From Candidatus Aenigmatarchaeota archaeon (lineage in GTDB: Archaea; Aenigmatarchaeota; Aenigmatarchaeia; GW2011-AR5; JACRMX01), in the NCBI GenBank assembly GCA_016219485.1, contig JACRMX010000023.1:1-13610 (forward strand): 13,610 nucleotides of DNA, in the 5' to 3' direction. The notes below the pieces were generated by a model. The model was not told where the DNA came from, did not search any database, and worked only from the letters and a program-made list of their open reading frames with translations. Positions 6,920 to 13,610 of this stretch are shown piece by piece. A program made the translations under genes and the position numbers. Positions within the stretch are counted from its first letter, which is position 1, and each line of letters opens with the position of its first letter.

Positions 6920-7192
6920 TAATCTGTGAGTTCTCTGTAAGCATTCCTATGGAAAGTTTATGCGATCTTTAGACTCTTTTGTCTTGAACGTTTTGCCTCT
7001 TCATCTCATTAAGATAAAGTATAAAAATCTGCCAGATACTTTATCTTATGCATCATGCTCAAAGACCGAAGGTCTTTGGCACACCGCGGAAGCAAAGCTT
7101 CTGCGAGTGAATTCCTCAGAAAATTCATTCCAAAAGAATTTGCTTGTCTGGCATATCCTATCTTGATAGCCTCTCTAGAACCCTGTCTGAAA

Positions 7193-7227
7193 ATTTTAAA
7201 AATATATCATCCCAAATATTTTTAAAA
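7193..7227. repeat. Perfect 13-bp AT-rich inverted repeat ATTTTAAAAATAT / ATATTTTTAAAAT with a 9-nt spacer.
   Basis: Seen directly: attttaaaaatat-atcatccca-aatatttttaaaat. Confidence 0.6.
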
Positions 7228-7330
7228 TCATATTCTCACAGCAGTTGAATCTTAACGTCAGTTGTTTGATTAACAGAACCGTTCCTGATGCATCCTCACA
7301 CATCGCATAAGAACACTGATAAAACTTTTT

Positions 7331-7465
7331 CCCGCCAGTAACGCCGTTGTTCATTGATAGCCGAACTGACGCAACGCCGAATGACGAGCGTTCGATTGAC
7401 TCGCTCGTCAGTTTTTCGATGCGCCTTTTCTGAATGGCATTGCTCTAACGGTTGAGGGCTGGCGG
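7331..7465. other. GC-rich island with nested inverted repeats in the long gvpA-upstream intergenic region. Candidate structured RNA or a remnant of one.
   Basis: cccgccag at 7331-7338 pairs with ctggcggg at 7458-7465, an 8-bp closing stem spanning ~135 nt. An internal hairpin gacgagcg-ttcgattgact-cgctcgtc (7393-7419) is followed by a T5 run. Local GC is well above the surrounding sequence. No convincing ORF; the 93-aa minus ORF 7296-7577 looks spurious. Confidence 0.25.
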
Positions 7466-7518
7466 GCAAGTGTATTGAGCATAAAATCTTTTTAAAGGAA
7501 ATAGTATACATATGAGTA

Positions 7519-7893
7519 GTGATACTAGTGGCAAAAAATAGGTATGATGTTTTTAGACAGGTTTTAATGATTTTCATAATATTAATATCACTATTTCAGT
7601 TATACTCAGCAATATTTCTAATTACCAGGGAGGCAGTTCGTTATATTGTATTTGCTGTATTTTCTGCTTCTACATTTATAATTGGCATGATATCAATTTA
7701 TTCAATTTTAAGTAGAGAGAAATGGGGAATTTATGCTACATCGGTGTTCTTTATGGTCACAGCAGCTTATTTTGCTCTGAGTCTAGTATATATGCCTTAT
7801 TATCTCATGCCTGTGACAAATATTCTGGGAATTATATTTTTATTATGCCTCTGGCTTGCTGTATTGGTAAATAAAAATAAGCTGCAGAAATGA
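7519..7893 (+). CDS. Small hydrophobic membrane protein (3-4 predicted TM helices). Start is GTG 7519 or ATG 7567.
   Basis: Almost entirely hydrophobic ORF: IFIILISLFQLYSAIFLI...ILGIIFLLCLWLAVLV. No family recognised. Confidence 0.4.
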   Translation: MILVAKNRYDVFRQVLMIFIILISLFQLYSAIFLITREAVRYIVFAVFSASTFIIGMISIYSILSREKWGIYATSVFFMVTAAYFALSLVYMPYYLMPVTNILGIIFLLCLWLAVLVNKNKLQK

Positions 7894-7901
7894 TGACCTG
7901 A

Positions 7902-8378
7902 TTATTTTTCTGCAGAAAATTTCTCTGCAAGCAATGCTGCATTTTCCTTCAGCCTTTTTATTATATCCTTTATTTTGATCTTGGATGCTTTTCTCATCTC
8001 CGGGACGAGGTTTTTGTGATAAAATTCCCCGAATGTCTCGTTGATTATACCTTCGCTGTTTCTGAAAGCAACCCTTAGAAACCCGTACATAGTAATAACC
8101 AGCGGCTTCTCAGCGTTGTTGTCGCCGTCTATTGAAACTTCCACGACAATCTTTGTGTGCTTGTCTATTATTTTAATTATAGAAAATTTAATTTTGATTA
8201 TGTTTTCACGTCCTCCGGCAAGGACCTCATTTTCCTTCTCCACCATTCTTCCGAGTGTCTTTGCCATGTCCATAAATTCAAGCGCAAAAACATATGGGCT
8301 ATTCACCATAACCGAGATGCTCTCATCTGCAAATGTTTCTGTAATTATGCGCATAGCGTCAGCCTCTGCATTCTTCAC
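7902..8378 (-). CDS. Hypothetical protein (150-158 aa). Alternative start at ATG 8352-8354 would avoid the overlap with the upstream gene.
   Basis: ORF MKNAEADAMRIITETFADESISVMVNSPYVFALEF... with a mixed charged/hydrophobic character. No family recognised. Confidence 0.45.
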   Translation of the reverse strand: MKNAEADAMRIITETFADESISVMVNSPYVFALEFMDMAKTLGRMVEKENEVLAGGRENIIKIKFSIIKIIDKHTKIVVEVSIDGDNNAEKPLVITMYGFLRVAFRNSEGIINETFGEFYHKNLVPEMRKASKIKIKDIIKRLKENAALLAEKFSAEK

Positions 8379-8901
8379 ATAGCCATGAGCCTGATACCTT
8401 TTTCAGGTTATCGGAATAGTTTCCGCATGATTCGCACTGGTCAAAGAGAACAGGCTCTTCTTTGCGGTCAAGACTGCCTATTTTCATTTTTTCGAGCATA
8501 ATTTCAAAAAGAGCCGGCTCTACCCTCAGGATATCATTGTTCGTAATTATTCCAATGAGCTTTTTGTTTTTAAAAACAAGCAGCTTTTCTATGCCTTTCT
8601 GCGTAAGCAGGCGGGCTGCTTCTTCCAGTGTTTTGTTTGGCGAGATCGTAACCGGATTTTTTGTCATTATGTCGGAAACCTTTTTTCCTTTTCTGCTGGC
8701 AACATGCTTGTAAACTATATCCGAAGGCGTGAGTATGCCAGCGACTCCTTTTTTCCCGACAACGACAACTGAGCCTATTTTGTTTTTCTTCAGCATCTCA
8801 GCTGCTTTTTTGATGCTATCGCCAGGAGAAATGGTTTTTACGCTCCTGTTCATAACTTCCTTGACGAGTGCGCTGTACCTCATGATAGATATATGGTACA
8901 T
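8359..8901 (-). CDS. CBS-domain pair protein with a C-terminal C4 zinc ribbon.
   Basis: Two CBS-like units (VMNRSVKTISPGDSIKKAAEMLKKNKIGSVVVV..GILTPSDIV and DIMTKNPVTISPNKTLEEAARLLTQKGIEKLLVF..IGIITNNDIL), followed by CESCGN...CEEC. Confidence 0.7.
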   Translation of the reverse strand: MYHISIMRYSALVKEVMNRSVKTISPGDSIKKAAEMLKKNKIGSVVVVGKKGVAGILTPSDIVYKHVASRKGKKVSDIMTKNPVTISPNKTLEEAARLLTQKGIEKLLVFKNKKLIGIITNNDILRVEPALFEIMLEKMKIGSLDRKEEPVLFDQCESCGNYSDNLKKVSGSWLCEECRG

Positions 8902-8970
8902 GCCTAATAAAAAGATTAGTGAGGTTTGAAAAAACCTTATCCTTTAGTTTGCAGAGAATTGTATATATAT

Positions 8971-9087
8971 AAAAGTTAGAAACTTTTCCTTGTATTATTA
9001 GAAGGTTTTTTTCTGCTTTCCCCTCGATATTAGGGGGAAAGAGAAAAAACGTACGGGCATGGAAAAACAGTGCTTTTTCCAAATGTT
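8971..9087. repeat. Composite palindromic intergenic repeat, copy 1 (modules C-A-B), upstream of hjc.
   Basis: C is aaaagttagaaactttt (7-bp inverted repeat). A is gaaggtttttttctGCTTTCCCCTcgatattAGGGGGAAAGagaaaaaacgtacggg. B is CATGGAAAAAcagtgcTTTTTCCAAATGtt. It matches 9592-9735 almost base-for-base apart from an extra B module there. Confidence 0.7.
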
Positions 9088-9145
9088 ATCCTTTTTTATT
9101 ACAGAACCTAAAGGCTCTCCAATAAAAACTAACGCCTTCTATTAT

Positions 9146-9523
9146 ATGCTCATGGTAAAAACTTATAAGAAAGGCTATACAGCTGAAAGGGAAATTGTTC
9201 ATACCCTGTATAAAATGGGGTATGCTGTTATACGGACCCCGCGTTCAGGCCGCATATGCCTGCCAAGCCCTGATATTATTGCTGCAAAACATGGTAAAAT
9301 TATTGTTCTCGAATGCAAGTCACGCAAGCGCGCTTTTAACGTGCCTGCAGAGCAGGTGGAAGAGCTGAGAGAATGGGAAAAAAGAGCAGGAGCAACAGCT
9401 TATATCGCATGGAAGGTTGCACACAAAGGGTGGTTCTTTTTCCCCATGTCTGTTGTAGAAGAAAACAGGGGAAATATTGGAAAAAGAATGCCGCAAAAAG
9501 CCATAGGCATTGACGATATCTGA
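9146..9523 (+). CDS. hjc: Holliday junction resolvase Hjc (archaeal PD-(D/E)xK nuclease). The ORF track start at 9059 lies inside the repeat and is probably not used.
   Basis: KKGYTAEREIVHTLYKMGYAVIRTPRSG...PDIIAAKHGKIIVLECKSRK matches the Hjc core (ERE..., PD, E.K). About 125 aa, typical Hjc size. ATG at 9146 or 9152. Confidence 0.8.
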   Translation: MLMVKTYKKGYTAEREIVHTLYKMGYAVIRTPRSGRICLPSPDIIAAKHGKIIVLECKSRKRAFNVPAEQVEELREWEKRAGATAYIAWKVAHKGWFFFPMSVVEENRGNIGKRMPQKAIGIDDI

Positions 9524-9591
9524 AACAGATAAATCAAAAATAAGAGTTTTTGAAAACCCCTTATCCCGCAGAGAATTGAATAGATATGAGA

Positions 9592-9735
9592 AAAAGTCAG
9601 AAACTTTTTCTATACATGGAAAAGGCTGTGCCTTTTCCAATGTTTTGCCAGAAGGTTTTTTTCTCTTTCCCCTCAATATTAGGGGGAAAGAGAAAAAAAC
9701 CGTATGGGATTGGAAAAACGTGGTTTTTCAAAGTC
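9592..9735. repeat. Composite palindromic intergenic repeat, copy 2 (modules C-B-A-B'), downstream of hjc.
   Basis: aaaagtcagaaactttttc (C). Then ttctataCATGGAAAAGGctgtgCCTTTTCCAATGtt (B, 9609-9644). Then gaaggtttttttctctttcccctcaatattagggggaaagagaaaaaaaccgtatggg (A, 9651-9706). Then a degenerate B: ttGGAAAAACgtgGTTTTTCaa. Confidence 0.7.
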
Positions 9736-9755
9736 CTCAAGCTTTGTATGTAATG

Positions 9756-10553
9756 TCAGAAAACTGCCTCAAGCCAGGCGCCAATCAATATCAGCGTCTC
9801 TGCAAGAGCAAGATAGATGAGCGCGTCTTTTACAACAGCGTTGAATGCTATTGAGCCGTATTTTTCCCGCAAAAGCCCTATTGAAAGTATTCCGCCAGCC
9901 AGGCCTGCAAGAAAATAGCCGGCGATCTCCGGCACGCCATGAAGCGCTATTGCGCCCAGGCCCAGCGGAACGCCATACAGGTATGCCTGCATGGTATGCA
10001 TGCCCTCTCCTATAAGCGACCTTATGTTAAAGCCAAGATAAACTGCTATGATAGAAGCGTTCCATGCCAGTATAAATACAGCGCCTGCACCGAACATGAT
10101 TGAAAGTATAAAGCTGAGTATCATGGTCTGCGAATTATTTATAAAATATTTCAGGAAAAGGTAGCTGCTGTCGACCGTGGTCCCTGATACCATGTTTTTA
10201 AGCGTGTTTGTCTGCAGGGAAAATACATTCATATCCGGGGCAAAAACAAAAATAAATGCAAGCGAGAATATTACCCCGAGAAAAAATGCTGAATAAACGT
10301 ATATCGCGCAGATGTGCCGGGTAAATATATTACCGCTCGGGTTTTTGTCCCTTCGCTCTTCTATGACGAATATGCGCTGGAAAAATGGCACAAAAAGTAT
10401 TGTTATAAACGTTATTGTGAGCAGAGATGCTTCTGAGGGAAATATGCGCCATGCAAAAAATGATGCTATCAGAGAATACACGAAAGCAACAACAAATATG
10501 CGCCATGGATCCTTTTCTGCGGATTTCGGGTTTATCAGTGATTCAAGAACCAT
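9756..10553 (-). CDS. Integral membrane protein, SpoIIM/DUF95-like.
   Basis: Multi-pass hydrophobic protein with a C-terminal HGVPEIAGYFLAGLAGG segment resembling the conserved HG(I/V)xE(I/L)PA motif of the SpoIIM/DUF95 family. Family call is tentative. Confidence 0.5.
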   Translation of the reverse strand: MVLESLINPKSAEKDPWRIFVVAFVYSLIASFFAWRIFPSEASLLTITFITILFVPFFQRIFVIEERRDKNPSGNIFTRHICAIYVYSAFFLGVIFSLAFIFVFAPDMNVFSLQTNTLKNMVSGTTVDSSYLFLKYFINNSQTMILSFILSIMFGAGAVFILAWNASIIAVYLGFNIRSLIGEGMHTMQAYLYGVPLGLGAIALHGVPEIAGYFLAGLAGGILSIGLLREKYGSIAFNAVVKDALIYLALAETLILIGAWLEAVF

Positions 10554-10679
10554 GATATCTATTTATTTTCCGGTTTAAATATAGTTTTAAAAAACATGCC
10601 CTTAAATTTATTTTATAGCAATACAAGGAAATAAACAGTATATTACTTCCTTGTTTGCTATATATTAGAAAAGCAATGC

Positions 10680-10718
10680 TTTTCTATACATGGAAATTCC
10701 TTCAGAATTTCCAATGTG
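10680..10718. repeat. Module B repeat, copy 3, in the divergent promoter region upstream of the HMGCS operon.
   Basis: ttttctataCATGGAAATTccttcagaAATTTCCAATGtg. It shares the ttttctatacatgg...ccaatgt frame with 9607-9644 but carries a different, still complementary, stem. Confidence 0.65.
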
Positions 10719-10768
10719 TGAAACAAGTTGTATAATGTCCAAATTCTTTACTTGTTTCACTATAAAAG
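10718..10768 (+). promoter_or_regulatory. Perfect 11-bp inverted repeat (GTGAAACAAGT-N21-ACTTGTTTCAC) abutting a TATAAAAG box about 40 nt upstream of the HMGCS ATG. Candidate operator plus promoter.
   Basis: Arms at 10718-10728 and 10750-10760 are exact reverse complements. tataaaag at 10761-10768 is a TATA-like box. Confidence 0.4.
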
Positions 10769-10803
10769 CCTTTTCGGTTTATTGATTTCATCAGGTTGTT
10801 TAT

Positions 10804-11847
10804 ATGGCTGGTATAGTAGGATATGGCGCATACGTGCCGCGGCTTAGGATAACGGTCGACGAAATAGCGCGCATATGGGGCCAGGACCCTGAGAGCATAA
10901 AAAGCGGGCTTGGCGTGAGTGAGAAAAGCGTGCCTGAGCATGATGAAGACACTGTTACCATAAGTGTTGAAGCTGCAAAAAATGCTATTGCGCGCGCAGC
11001 TATTGACCCAAAGGACATAGGAGCAGTATACGTGGGCTCTGAGAGCCATCCGTACACAGTAAAGCCTTCTGGCACAATAGTTGTTGATAGCCTAGGCATC
11101 GGGCCTGATGTTTCTGTTGCTGACACAGAGTTTGCATGCAGGGCTGGAACAACAAACATATTCATATGCATGGGGCTTGTAATGTCTGGCATGATAAAAT
11201 ATGGCCTTGCTATTGGCGCAGACACATCGCAGGCCAGGCCTGGTGATGCCCTTGAATACACAGCTGCTGCAGGCGGAGCTGCATTTGTAATAGGAAAGGA
11301 CAACGTGGCTGTAAAAATAAAAGACGCATATTCATTTGTAACAGACACTTCTGATTTCTACAGAAAGGAAGGCGAGATATATCCGACACATGCAGGAAGG
11401 TTCACAGGTGAGCCTGCTTATTTCAGGCATGTTATTGCTGCAACAAAAACCGTGCTTGAAAAAAACAGTCTTAAGCCGCAGGATTTTGACTTCTGCGTAT
11501 TCCACATGCCCAATGGAAAATTTCCCGTAAGAGTTGCAAAGATGCTTGGCTTTGAAATGAAACAGCTGGAAGATTCGCTTGTGGTTAAAAAAATAGGAAA
11601 TACCTATTCAGGCTCAAGCCTGCTTGGTCTTTCGTCTGTTTTGGATAAAGCAAAGCCTGACCAGCGCATACTTATTACATCATATGGCTCAGGCGCAGGC
11701 TCGGACTCATTTATAATGGAAACAACAGACCTCATAGAAGAAATTCAGAACAGGGCGCCAAAAACAGACAGCTACATAGATGCTAAAAACAAAGAATACA
11801 TTGACTATGGTACATATGTAAAGATACGAAAAAAATTGAAGATGTGA
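10804..11847 (+). CDS. Archaeal-type hydroxymethylglutaryl-CoA synthase.
   Basis: N-terminal GIVGYGAYVPRLRI, active-site EFACRAGT and 347 aa fit archaeal HMGCS. Position is in an operon with thiolase and DUF35. Confidence 0.88.
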   Translation: MAGIVGYGAYVPRLRITVDEIARIWGQDPESIKSGLGVSEKSVPEHDEDTVTISVEAAKNAIARAAIDPKDIGAVYVGSESHPYTVKPSGTIVVDSLGIGPDVSVADTEFACRAGTTNIFICMGLVMSGMIKYGLAIGADTSQARPGDALEYTAAAGGAAFVIGKDNVAVKIKDAYSFVTDTSDFYRKEGEIYPTHAGRFTGEPAYFRHVIAATKTVLEKNSLKPQDFDFCVFHMPNGKFPVRVAKMLGFEMKQLEDSLVVKKIGNTYSGSSLLGLSSVLDKAKPDQRILITSYGSGAGSDSFIMETTDLIEEIQNRAPKTDSYIDAKNKEYIDYGTYVKIRKKLKM

Positions 11848-11867
11848 TATTAGATGAGTGTGATGCT

Positions 11868-13007
11868 ATGAAAAAGATCGCGATCATTGGCGGTTACCAG
11901 ACTGCATTCGGCGAGCTGTGGGAAAAATCACTCGGAGACTTAATAGAAGAGGCAGGCATAGGCGCGATCAGCGATTCCGGAATAGAGAAAAATGATGTTA
12001 ACTGCCTCTATCTTGGAAACATGGCAGCAGGCCGTTTTGTAGGGCAGGAGCATGTGGCTGCATTTGCTGCTGACTGCCTCTCTCTTAAGGTGCCTGCTAT
12101 ACGGTGCGAGGCTGCCTGCGCATCAGGTGCTCTTGCTTTTTCACAGGCGTGCATAAAAATATTGAGTGGAAAGGCTGAAACTGCGCTTGTTATCGGCGCA
12201 GAGAAAATGACTGATGTTATAGGTTCAGAGGCTGTAACAACGCTGATGGGAGCAGGGGACAGTGAATGGGAATCGAGCATAGGGCTGACATTTGCAGGGC
12301 TCTATGCACTAATGGCACGCGCGCATATGCACAGGTATAAAACAACAAGAGAGCAGCTTGCAATGGTCGCTGTTAATAACCATAAAAACGGGCAGAAAAA
12401 TGAAAAGGCGCAGTTCCGCTTTCCTATCACAGTGGATGATGTAATAAAATCTGCTGTCATAGCAGACCCCCTGCGGCTTCTTGACTGTTCTCCGATAACA
12501 GACGGAGCAGCATCAGTGATAGTTGCGAGCGAGGATTATGTGCAAAAGAAAAAAATAGAAAATCCTGTCTGGGTTCTTGGCAGCAGCCATGGAAGCGACA
12601 GCATAGGCCTCCACGACCGCGCTGACATAACAGAGATGGCTTCAGTTAAAAAAGCTGCAAAGGATGTTTTCGATGAATCTGGATTGAAACACAAGGACAT
12701 TGATGTTGTTGAACTGCATGACTGTTTTACTATAAATGAAATAATAGGCCTGGAAAGCATGGGATTCTGCGAGAAAGGAAAAGGCGGAACATTTGTGGAA
12801 GAGTCTGAATTACCAACAAACACAACAGGCGGGCTGAAATCATGCGGCCATCCTGTAGGAGCCACAGGCGTCAGGCAGATAATAGATATTTACAGGCAGC
12901 TCAAAGGCGTATCTATAAATCAGGTTAAAGGCGCAGAGCACGGGCTTGCTCTGAATGTTGGCGGCAGCGGAGCAACAGCCATTATACATATTCTTGGAGT
13001 TGAATAA
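11868..13007 (+). CDS. Archaeal acetyl-CoA C-acetyltransferase (thiolase). The ORF track starts at GTG 11844; the likely start is ATG 11868 (MKKIAIIGG).
   Basis: IAIIGGYQTAFGE, catalytic CEAACASGALAF, C-terminal GGLKSCGHPVGATG. The HMGCS TGA overlaps the upstream GTG frame. Confidence 0.88.
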   Translation: MKKIAIIGGYQTAFGELWEKSLGDLIEEAGIGAISDSGIEKNDVNCLYLGNMAAGRFVGQEHVAAFAADCLSLKVPAIRCEAACASGALAFSQACIKILSGKAETALVIGAEKMTDVIGSEAVTTLMGAGDSEWESSIGLTFAGLYALMARAHMHRYKTTREQLAMVAVNNHKNGQKNEKAQFRFPITVDDVIKSAVIADPLRLLDCSPITDGAASVIVASEDYVQKKKIENPVWVLGSSHGSDSIGLHDRADITEMASVKKAAKDVFDESGLKHKDIDVVELHDCFTINEIIGLESMGFCEKGKGGTFVEESELPTNTTGGLKSCGHPVGATGVRQIIDIYRQLKGVSINQVKGAEHGLALNVGGSGATAIIHILGVE

Positions 13008-13008
13008 A

Positions 13009-13383
13009 ATGGAGTCAGTTCCGATTAAATGGAGAAGGCAGAGGCACAGGTACATGCTTACCGGCTCAAAATGCAGCTGCGGCGGTGTTTTTTATCCGCC
13101 CAGAAATTTATGCAGCTGTGGAAAAAATACAGAAGATGCTGTGCTCAGCGGTGAGGGAAAAATAATCTCATACACAGAAATACATACTGCGCCAGAAGGA
13201 TTTGAAGCAGAGACGCCATACACAATAGCACTCATAAAACTAAAAGACGGACCTGTTATACCAGCACATATTGTTGGCAGAGGCGCTGAAATAGGGAAAA
13301 AAGTGGCCCCTGTTTTCAGGAAAATGGGAGAAGGCGGCAAAAAAGGCGTTATTGCCTACACAACAAAATTTGTCGTCGTGTAA
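13009..13383 (+). CDS. DUF35 OB-fold/zinc-ribbon protein, the scaffold partner of archaeal thiolase/HMGCS. The ORF track starts at 12955; the likely start is ATG 13009 (MESVPIKW).
   Basis: CSCGGVFYPPRNLCSCG zinc ribbon followed by an OB-fold-like C-terminal half. The ATG is 1 nt after the thiolase TAA, with a GGAG upstream. Confidence 0.82.
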   Translation: MESVPIKWRRQRHRYMLTGSKCSCGGVFYPPRNLCSCGKNTEDAVLSGEGKIISYTEIHTAPEGFEAETPYTIALIKLKDGPVIPAHIVGRGAEIGKKVAPVFRKMGEGGKKGVIAYTTKFVVV

Positions 13384-13490
13384 TCACCTGGTTTTATCAT
13401 CGGTCTATCATTATATGGTTTTATTTGGTGATTATCAATTAACTGCCCCTAGCACATTAAATTAATTTCTTAAACATTAGAATTGCTTTG

Positions 13491-13575
13491 CAATTCTATG
13501 CATGGGAAAAATAAAGTTTTTCCCAATGTGAAAATATTTTCTGTTTTCCCCTACTTGAGCGAGGGAAAACGAAAA
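13491..13575. repeat. Palindromic intergenic repeat, copy 4 (modules B-A), downstream of DUF35.
   Basis: ttctatgCATGGGAAAAAtaaagTTTTTCCCAATGtg (B), then tctGTTTTCCCCtacttgagcgAGGGAAAACgaaaa (an A-like hairpin). Confidence 0.6.
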
Positions 13576-13610
13576 TGTTATGAGCCACAAGAAAGTCACT
13601 TCGTGACAAA

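Noticed and set aside
6960-7166. Plus-strand 68-aa ORF divergent from gvpA, a possible counterpart of a divergently transcribed gvpD/E-like regulator
   Set aside because: It is too short and has no regulator motifs. The regulator of this locus appears to be the MEDS-PadR fusion.
7296-7577. 93-aa minus-strand ORF over the GC-rich island, and a possible tRNA there
   Set aside because: The ORF has no start context or family resemblance, and it spans the self-complementary element. I could not build a tRNA cloverleaf on either strand. I leave the region as an uncertain structured-RNA candidate and do not call a gene.
8462-8929. Plus-strand ORFs 8462-8713 and 8729-8901+
   Set aside because: Antisense to the CBS-domain gene.
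9059-9145. N-terminal extension of the hjc ORF (MEKQCFFQMLSFFITEPKGSPIKTNAFYY)
   Set aside because: It is encoded by repeat modules A/B and is not conserved in the second repeat copy. A TATA-like element lies inside it. Hjc homology only begins at the internal Met at 9146 or 9152.
9320-9854. ORFs 9320-9676 (minus) and 9510-9854 (plus)
   Set aside because: They run through the intergenic repeat copy 2 and overlap the real hjc and SpoIIM-like genes. Their reading frames are created by the palindromic repeats.
10702-11348. Minus-strand ORFs 10702-11049 and 10800-11348
   Set aside because: Antisense to the clearly identified HMG-CoA synthase gene.
12008-13340. Minus-strand ORFs 12008-12280, 12536-12865, 12840-13055 and 13092-13340
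   Set aside because: Antisense to the thiolase and DUF35 genes. No supporting features.
1-13610. CRISPR arrays, rRNA, IS elements and transposases
   Set aside because: I saw no regularly spaced short direct repeats, no rRNA-like conserved stretches, and no ORF with transposase or integrase motifs (DDE, tyrosine or serine recombinase). The palindromic repeats are not spaced like CRISPR repeats and differ in sequence between copies.

Overview
This window is AT-rich (roughly 38-40% GC) and looks archaeal. The evidence for that is archaeal-type HMG-CoA synthase/thiolase/DUF35 genes, an Hjc Holliday-junction resolvase, short intercistronic distances, GGAGGTGA-type ribosome-binding sites and TATA-like promoter boxes. 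It has three parts.

(1) Positions 1-6900 are a gas-vesicle (gvp) locus on the minus strand. One operon reads gvpA, a 123-aa helical protein with 33-residue periodicity, gvpN, a Trp/Lys/Arg-rich basic protein, two tandem paralogous small proteins, and a 94-aa protein. A second operon reads a MEDS-domain/PadR-type fused regulator, gvpF, gvpG, a 135-aa Arg/Lys-rich protein, and a gene that runs off the left edge. I could not recognise gvpJ/K/L/M/O here. Several unrecognised small proteins sit where accessory Gvp proteins are expected. A G10 homopolymer lies inside the regulator gene.

(2) Positions 6736-7520 are about 780 bp of non-coding sequence upstream of gvpA. It holds a perfect 13-bp AT palindrome, a CGATACG inverted repeat, and a GC-rich island with nested long-range inverted repeats. 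That island may be a structured RNA or a remnant of one.

(3) Positions 7500-13610 carry a small membrane protein, a hypothetical protein, a CBS-pair/zinc-ribbon protein, hjc, a SpoIIM/DUF95-like membrane protein, and the mevalonate-entry operon HMGCS-thiolase-DUF35. A modular family of palindromic intergenic repeats (three hairpin modules, here called C, A and B) is scattered through this part. They occur at 4 intergenic sites, in promoter and terminator regions alike. The two largest copies bracket hjc as direct repeats of about 117 bp and 144 bp. Four copies of module B keep their stems through compensatory base changes. A perfect 11-bp inverted repeat abuts the TATA box of the HMGCS operon.

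I found no CRISPR array, rRNA or confident tRNA.
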